From a virus (lineage: Duplodnaviria; Heunggongvirae; Uroviricota; Caudoviricetes), in IMG/VR virus record IMGVR_UViG_2531839474_000004: a stretch of DNA of 4,578 nt; one strand, given 5' to 3'. The translations under genes and the position numbers were made by a program. Below are positions 1 to 4,578 of this stretch, in pieces (within the stretch, counting starts at the first letter, position 1; each line of letters starts with the position of its first letter). The notes beneath the pieces are model-generated. The model was not told where the DNA came from and ran no database searches. It worked only from the letters and a program-made list of their open reading frames with translations.

Positions 1-1253
1 GGCCCGTCACCAAACCTGACCTGCAAATGCTGAAACATCCCCTGAACCTGTGTGGCATCTTTGGGGTCAAGAAAGGTCAGTCCGGTGATGAGCGCACCAT
101 CTGTACCCGGGAACCAGCCATAACTGTTTGTCTCAATAATGCTCACCGGCCCCAGACGAAAACGGATTTGTGTCTCCCCCGGGTCACCCTTCGGTCCCTG
201 AGGTCCGGTAGCCCCCACCGGGCCAGACGCACCTGTTTCCCCTTTCGGTCCCTGTGGGCCTGCCGGGCCTGCTGCCCCGGTATCTCCCTTTGGCCCCTGT
301 GGACCTGTACTTCCCGTCAAACCGGTCTCTCCCCGCTCTCCCCTGTCGCCTTTCGGCCCCTGCGGGCCTGCCGGACCTGTATCTCCTGCCGGCCCCCGTT
401 CACCGGTTGCCCCTGCCGGACCGGTGTCACCACGCTCTCCTTTATCTCCCTTCGGCCCCTGAGGACCCGCGGGACCCGGGTCACCCTTTGGCCCGGCTGG
501 TCCCACCACGGTGGGGATTCGGTTTACGGCGTCTTCCGCCGCTATTCTGCTTTGTTCCGCTGACTGTGCGCTTTCTGCTGACTCCCGGGCTTTTTCTGTT
601 GCGGTCGTTGCATCCCTGGCTGCATTACCGGCTGCACTTTCTGCCGTCTTTTTTGATAACTCAGCATCTGTTGCACTTTGTAATGACTCTCTGGCTTTTT
701 GAGCAGCCTCTGAGGCCGAGGACGAGGACGCTTCCTCTGACTTCTTTGCTGAGGCTGCACTTTCTGCCGCCTGCCGGGCTGACTCCGATGCATCCCCTGC
801 TGAAGCGTCAGCATTTGCAGCGCTCTTTTCTGCCTGACTGGCTGATATGCCGGCATTCCTCGCTGACGTCTCCGCCTCTCCGGCATTCTTCTTCGCCTCC
901 TCTGCGTGACGCGCGGCCTCTTCCACCATTTGTTCAAAGCGACGCAGTGCCTCCGGACGGGCATCATCCTCCGTCATTGCGCCGAGGAAATCATTCAGTG
1001 TGCCCGGCTTTGAGTCCTCATACACTGTGATAATCCCGGCATGTGATGGCGGGAACCCCTCCACCAACAGAATAACGCTGTACTGACCGTACTCAACGTC
1101 CATGCTGTAACGCCCGGCTTCATCCGGATTTTCAGAGGCCACCGTGTTCACCACCACCGTGGCGCTGTTACGTCTGGCTTTCAGTTGAATGGTGCAGTTC
1201 TCTACCGGTTTTCCTGTCCCGTCTTTCAGTACACCTGAAATCTTTACTGCCAT
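1..1253 (-). CDS. stf: Side tail fibre protein (Stf-like), N-terminal 417 codons; the CDS continues beyond the window start, with no stop codon in-window
   Basis: Hand translation of the minus strand from ATG at 1253..1251 gives [112 protein letters not shown]..., which closely matches the N-terminus of lambda Stf (orf-401) as I recall it. The frame stays open for 417 codons to position 3, with 2 bases left over. It is not in the ORF track because that track needs a stop codon. It lies 64 nt downstream of lom, as in lambda. A weak SD-like GGGGTG sits upstream of the ATG. Confidence 0.85.
   Translation of the reverse strand, partial: MAVKISGVLKDGTGKPVENCTIQLKARRNSATVVVNTVASENPDEAGRYSMDVEYGQYSVILLVEGFPPSHAGIITVYEDSKPGTLNDFLGAMTEDDARPEALRRFEQMVEEAARHAEEAKKNAGEAETSARNAGISASQAEKSAANADASAGDASESARQAAESAASAKKSEEASSSSASEAAQKARESLQSATDAELSKKTAESAAGNAARDATTATEKARESAESAQSAEQSRIAAEDAVNRIPTVVGPAGPKGDPGPAGPQGPKGDKGERGDTGPAGATGERGPAGDTGPAGPQGPKGDRGERGETGLTGSTGPQGPKGDTGAAGPAGPQGPKGETGASGPVGATGPQGPKGDPGETQIRFRLGPVSIIETNSYGWFPGTDGALITGLTFLDPKDATQVQGMFQHLQVRFGDG
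171..503 (-). repeat. Collagen-like Gly-X-Y repeat tract inside stf: 37 uninterrupted triplets, codons 251-361 ([111 protein letters not shown])
   Basis: Seen directly in the minus-strand translation. On the plus strand it appears as reiterated ggncc/cctttcggtccctg-type motifs. The GGN-CCN codon periodicity also explains why several other frames here lack stops and produce spurious ORFs. Confidence 0.85.
630..769 (-). repeat. Pair of exact 17-nt direct repeats (plus-strand ggctgcactttctgccg at 630..646 and 753..769) inside the Ala/Ser/Glu-rich shaft region of stf; the 123-nt offset keeps them in frame
   Basis: Direct reading of the sequence. On the coding strand the repeat is cggcagaaagtgcagcc, encoding the A-E-S-A-A motif twice (..[11 protein letters not shown].. 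and ..[11 protein letters not shown]..). Shorter copies of the ctttctgc core recur at about 569, 636, 759 and 827. Confidence 0.8.
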
Positions 1254-1261
1254 ATTCACCC

Positions 1262-1290
1262 CACAAAAAAGCCCGCCTGAACCGGCGGGC
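1262..1290 (-). terminator. Rho-independent terminator downstream of lom (minus-strand orientation)
   Basis: Minus-strand reading is GCCCGCC-ggttca-GGCGGGC followed by TTTTTT: a 7-bp all-GC stem (plus 1271..1277 pairing with 1284..1290), a 6-nt loop and a U-tract (complement of 1265..1270). It sits 28 nt after the lom stop and 11 nt before the stf ATG. Confidence 0.65.
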
Positions 1291-1317
1291 TGTCATAACA
1301 CTGTGTTACCTGGCTAA

Positions 1318-1917
1318 TCAGAATTTATAACCAACACCCACGATGAAACCGTCAGTGCGCCAGTCACCACTGCCGGAACCTTCATAAGCGACATCAATGG
1401 CCACGGATTCAGTCGGGTTAAACTGCACGCCAGCTCCCCACGCCAGAGACGTGTTGCTGTGGCGACCGTCATCACTTCCGGTCAGCACATCGTGCGTTTT
1501 CCCCTTGTTATCAGTTACGCGGAGATAATCCCCGGAAAAAGTCGACACACGGCTGTAAGCCACACCCGCCATCGCATACGCGCTGAACCATTCATTCACG
1601 CGCACAGACGGCCCCGCCATTACGCTGAACCAGCGGTTACGAACGGAATCTTCATGCCAGCGGGTATCGCTGTAACGGGTCAGCTGGCGATTCTTGTCTC
1701 CTGCATAGCTGAATGACGTCACCAGCCCCAGTGTGTCCGTAAACTCATAACGGTATTTCACGTTAATCCCGTTCAGATCATCACTGCCGGGAACGTTCGT
1801 CGAGGCATGAAGATACCCCGCGCTCAGCGTGGACTGATGTTCAGACGCCCATGCAGGCGCACCGGATACGGCCAGACAAATGGCTGCGGACAAAATTGCT
1901 GCACAAACTTTATGCAT
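1318..1917 (-). CDS. lom: Outer-membrane protein Lom (Ail/Lom/PagC/Rck/OmpX family, 8-stranded beta-barrel); a phage moron / lysogenic-conversion gene
   Basis: 199-aa ORF. The N-terminal signal peptide MHKVCAAILSAAICLAVSGAPAWA has an A-W-A cleavage motif. The C-terminal stretch ...VDVAYEGSGSGDWRTDGFIVGVGYKF, with its terminal aromatic F typical of OM beta-barrels, matches the lambda Lom C-terminus as I recall it. It sits between J and stf, as in lambda. An SD-like GAGGT lies 4 nt upstream of the ATG. Confidence 0.93.
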   Translation of the reverse strand: MHKVCAAILSAAICLAVSGAPAWASEHQSTLSAGYLHASTNVPGSDDLNGINVKYRYEFTDTLGLVTSFSYAGDKNRQLTRYSDTRWHEDSVRNRWFSVMAGPSVRVNEWFSAYAMAGVAYSRVSTFSGDYLRVTDNKGKTHDVLTGSDDGRHSNTSLAWGAGVQFNPTESVAIDVAYEGSGSGDWRTDGFIVGVGYKF

Positions 1918-1922
1918 AATTA

Positions 1923-1927
1923 CCTCT
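1923..1927 (-). promoter_or_regulatory. Shine-Dalgarno-like element for lom (GAGGT on the minus strand)
   Basis: Minus-strand sequence gcgaGAGGTaattATG immediately upstream of the lom start codon at 1917. Confidence 0.4.
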
Positions 1928-1941
1928 CGCTTTTCTGCAAT

Positions 1942-1966
1942 AAAAAAGGCGTCATTCCTGACGCCC
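1942..1966 (-). terminator. Rho-independent terminator between J and lom (tJ-like)
   Basis: Minus-strand reading is GGCGTCA-ggaa-TGACGCC followed by TTTTTTATT: a 7-bp stem (plus 1948..1954 pairing with 1959..1965), a 4-nt loop and a U-tract (complement of 1942..1947). It starts 22 nt after the J stop codon. Confidence 0.6.
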
Positions 1967-1987
1967 TTTATTGGGGTTATAAATATT

Positions 1988-4578
1988 TCAACGAATACTG
2001 ATGCCGGAAGCAGCTTTTTTGGTCACAATCACCGTACAGTCGGTGATATTGCCTGCCCCCTGATTGCCTTTCTGGAAAATCTTAAACTCCAGAGTGACGC
2101 TACCACCACCACTAGGCATATCAATAACTGCACTGTAACTACCGGGAATGGCCCCTTTAGTTTCTCTGGATGCGATTAATACGCCGTTTTTGCGAACTTC
2201 AAAACCATAACCCGTGTATCGCGTGCCTCCTGGGTTATTTCCGCTCCCCGGATCGTCATACGCTATACCGTTAAAAATAATGGGCGGAATAATAATCTGA
2301 CGGTCAAAGTTATGATCATCGCTGATGGTGACTGTAACCGTACCGTTTGGTGTTTCCGTGTTACCCCACGTACCGACTTTTTTCGGGAAGGCTTTTGATA
2401 CAGCTTTAACGAAATCCCCTCTGACCTGGGTCGCCTCCAGCATGCCCTTAATCGTACAGTTCTGGTTAATCGTGACATTGTTGAGCGTTCCTGAGTTCGC
2501 ATTCACACTGCCACTGATATCCGCATTTTTAGCGGTCAGCTTTCCGTCTGATGTCAGGGAAAATACCGGAGGACTGCCACCGCTGGTAATGGTGGGGGCC
2601 GTCAGGCGCTTCAGGAACACGTCGTTCATGAATATCTGGTTGCCCTGCGCCACAAACATCGGCGTTTCATTCCCGTTTGCCGGGTCAATAAACGCGATAC
2701 GGTTAGCGGCAACCAGAAACTGGCTCAGCTTGCCTTCCTCCGTGTCCTCCATGCTGAGGCCAAGCCCCGCGACATAATGTTTGCCGTCTTTGGTCTGCTC
2801 AATTTTGACGCCCCACATGGCATTCCATTTATCACTGGCGTCTTTCCACTCTTTCGAAAACTCCTCCAGTTTGCTGGCGTTATCCTCCGTCAGCTCGACT
2901 TTTTCCAGCAGCTCCTTGCCGAGATGGGATTCGGTTATCTGGCCTTTGAAAAAATCCAGATAACCTTCCGCATCATCGCTCGCCCGACCGACGGCCTCCA
3001 CAAATGCCGATTTACCAACGGTATTCACGCTGCGGATGTAAAAGTAATAATCATAACCCGGCTTAATATTGCTACTGGCAGCTATCCAGTACAGCGCCGT
3101 ACCAAGATAACGCGCGCTGGTTTCAACCTGCCTGATATCCGCAATCCGCGTTTCCGAGAACCAGAACTCAAACTGCACCGTCGGATCATAAACCGCAAGA
3201 TGCGGTGTGGCGGTTATCTGAAAATAGCCCGGCGTCAGCTCAATCCGCGACGGCGCTGCCGGTGCGGCAATCCGGAATGATACCGACGCCGGATCACCCT
3301 GCTGCCCCCAGGCATTTACCGCCCTGACTGTCAGCCTGTAGTTCCCTGGCGCCAGCTGCCTGAAGCGGTATGTGGTTTCCGTCGTCCGGGCCGTGCTGAC
3401 CAGCCGCTCACTGCCGTCATCCGCTGCCACGGTCAGACGAAGCAGAAAGCTCACCCCCTTCACCACCTTCGGCGTGTCCCAGCGCGCCAGCACCTGATAT
3501 TCCCCGCTGTCGGCGGTGACTTCGGCGGTCAGGTGCTGCACCGCTGGCGGCGTGACACCATTCACCGTGCCGCTCTGGTCGCCATCAAAGTGCGCCCCGT
3601 TATCCACGATGGCCTCTTTTTCCGGTACATGCTGCACGGCGGTGATGGCATACGTGCCGTCATCGTTCTCACGGATACTCACGCAGCGGAACAGGCGCTG
3701 GCGCAGCGTCGGCAGCTTCAGCCCCCATACGCTGTATCCGGCAACGCCGTCAGGAACACGGCTCACTTTTACCTTCACGCCGTCGGTGACGGACTGGACC
3801 TCCACGCTGACCGGATTACCACTTCCGTCAACCAGGCTTATCAGCGTGATACCGGAGGATGGCAGCGTGATTTCACGGTCGAGCGTCAGCGTCCGCGTCT
3901 GGCTGTTCACCGCCAGCACACGCCCGCCGATGCTGATACCCGCATAGTCATCATCACAGATTTCAATGACATCGCCCGGTACATGGCGAAGCCCTTCAGC
4001 ACCCACGCTGAAGTCCACGGTCTGCGTTTCCAGCAGCTCCGTTTTAATCAGCCACAGCCCGGCGCGGTGTGCCTGCCCCCGGCTGGTACAGCCAAAAGCA
4101 TCCATCTTCGTGACGTTACGACCGTAACGGGCAATGGCCTGCGTGTCCTCCACAAGCTCTGTCGCCGTCTCCCAGCCGTTATCCGGGTCAATCCAGTTCA
4201 CCTCAACGGCATTATGGCGGTCCTTCAGAGCGCTGAAGCTGTAGCGGAACGGCGCGCCATCATCCGGCATCACCACATTACTGCGGTTATAGGTCCACAC
4301 CTTATCCGATGGCCGGTCCTGCACGAACGTCAGCGTCTGCCCGTTCCATACCGGCATACAGCGCATCGCCGAGCAGAAATCACTGAGCACATCCCACGCC
4401 TTGCGCTGTGTGGTCAGGTACGCATTACAGGTGATGCGCGGCTCCGTGCCGCCAAAGCCGTCCGGCACCGACTGGTCGCAATTCTGGCCGATGACATACA
4501 GCGCCCATTTGTCCACATCCGCCGCACCAAGACGTTTCCCCATGCCGTAGCGCGGGTGGGTCAGCATATCCCACAGAC
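1988..4578 (-). CDS. J: Tail-tip host specificity protein J (central tail fibre), C-terminal ~860 codons; the N-terminal part lies beyond the window end
   Basis: The 859-aa track ORF (1988..4567) stays open upstream to the window edge (..LWD before [28 protein letters not shown]..). Over most of its length the translation closely matches lambda gpJ as I recall it (e.g. [101 protein letters not shown]). Stop codon TGA at 1988..1990. Confidence 0.95.
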   Translation of the reverse strand, partial: LWDMLTHPRYGMGKRLGAADVDKWALYVIGQNCDQSVPDGFGGTEPRITCNAYLTTQRKAWDVLSDFCSAMRCMPVWNGQTLTFVQDRPSDKVWTYNRSNVVMPDDGAPFRYSFSALKDRHNAVEVNWIDPDNGWETATELVEDTQAIARYGRNVTKMDAFGCTSRGQAHRAGLWLIKTELLETQTVDFSVGAEGLRHVPGDVIEICDDDYAGISIGGRVLAVNSQTRTLTLDREITLPSSGITLISLVDGSGNPVSVEVQSVTDGVKVKVSRVPDGVAGYSVWGLKLPTLRQRLFRCVSIRENDDGTYAITAVQHVPEKEAIVDNGAHFDGDQSGTVNGVTPPAVQHLTAEVTADSGEYQVLARWDTPKVVKGVSFLLRLTVAADDGSERLVSTARTTETTYRFRQLAPGNYRLTVRAVNAWGQQGDPASVSFRIAAPAAPSRIELTPGYFQITATPHLAVYDPTVQFEFWFSETRIADIRQVETSARYLGTALYWIAASSNIKPGYDYYFYIRSVNTVGKSAFVEAVGRASDDAEGYLDFFKGQITESHLGKELLEKVELTEDNASKLEEFSKEWKDASDKWNAMWGVKIEQTKDGKHYVAGLGLSMEDTEEGKLSQFLVAANRIAFIDPANGNETPMFVAQGNQIFMNDVFLKRLTAPTITSGGSPPVFSLTSDGKLTAKNADISGSVNANSGTLNNVTINQNCTIKGMLEATQVRGDFVKAVSKAFPKKVGTWGNTETPNGTVTVTISDDHNFDRQIIIPPIIFNGIAYDDPGSGNNPGGTRYTGYGFEVRKNGVLIASRETKGAIPGSYSAVIDMPSGGGSVTLEFKIFQKGNQGAGNITDCTVIVTKKAASGISIR

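Noticed and set aside
171-926. Repetitive DNA in 171..926 as a possible CRISPR array, or as the variable or template repeat of a diversity-generating retroelement
   Set aside because: The repeats are short, imperfect and in-frame codon-level reiterations (Gly-X-Y and A-E-S-A motifs) inside one continuous ORF. There is no regular repeat-spacer structure, no reverse transcriptase gene and no adenine-specific template/variable pair in the window.
27-1030. Track ORFs on the plus strand (27..563, 254..1030, 511..702) and minus-strand ORF 542..967, translating to Pro/Leu/Arg-rich proteins
   Set aside because: They overlap the Stf-like coding frame, whose translation has clear homology and a perfect Gly-X-Y periodicity. 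Their openness is a by-product of GC-rich repetitive GGN-CCN codons on the opposite strand or other frames. Their compositions (poly-P/R/L, or R/Q/K-rich for 542..967) are typical shadow-ORF products.
1948-1978. The J-lom hairpin as a bidirectional or plus-strand terminator
   Set aside because: On the plus strand the hairpin is followed by only a short, interrupted T-run (ctttattgggg), and no plus-strand genes converge here. A minus-strand terminator is the simpler reading.
1918-1987. Possible sigma-70 promoter for lom in the J-lom spacer (minus-strand TTGAAA near the J stop)
   Set aside because: The only -35-like hexamer (TTGAAA) has no properly spaced -10 (TATAAC lies only 4 nt away), and the candidate lies upstream of the terminator hairpin. 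I cannot support a promoter call from sequence alone.
1459-2179. Plus-strand track ORFs 1459..1716, 1807..2001 and 1880..2179
   Set aside because: They are antisense to lom, the J-lom spacer and the 3' end of J, and have no plausible RBS or protein character. The minus-strand genes account for the region.
2263-3947. Plus-strand ORFs 2325..2777, 2777..3280, 2781..2963 and 3516..3947, and minus-strand ORF 2263..2502, all inside the J region
   Set aside because: They are antisense or out-of-frame shadows of the J coding sequence. J is continuous and recognisable throughout, leaving no room for nested genes.

Overview
This window is an internal piece of a lambdoid (phage lambda-like) tail-fibre module, with all three genes on the minus strand in the order J -> lom -> stf. 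No CRISPR array, tRNA, transposase or recognisable defence system is visible. I see no undescribed system here; the items worth a second look are the variable domains of known tail genes: (1) Positions 1988..4578 encode the C-terminal ~860 codons of the tail-tip host-specificity protein J, which runs off the 3' edge of the window. (2) Positions 1318..1917 encode a complete Lom/Ail/PagC-family outer-membrane protein (lom), bracketed by two minus-strand intrinsic terminators. (3) Positions 1..1253 encode the first 417 codons of a side-tail-fibre (Stf-like) protein, which runs off the 5' edge and is therefore absent from the supplied ORF track; I found it by translating the minus strand by hand. 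This Stf carries an uninterrupted 37-triplet collagen-like Gly-X-Y tract and an Ala/Ser/Glu-rich shaft with in-frame DNA direct repeats. The last ~157 residues of J appear to differ from the lambda J receptor-binding end as I recall it, which would suggest altered receptor specificity. All plus-strand ORFs in the track are antisense shadow ORFs.
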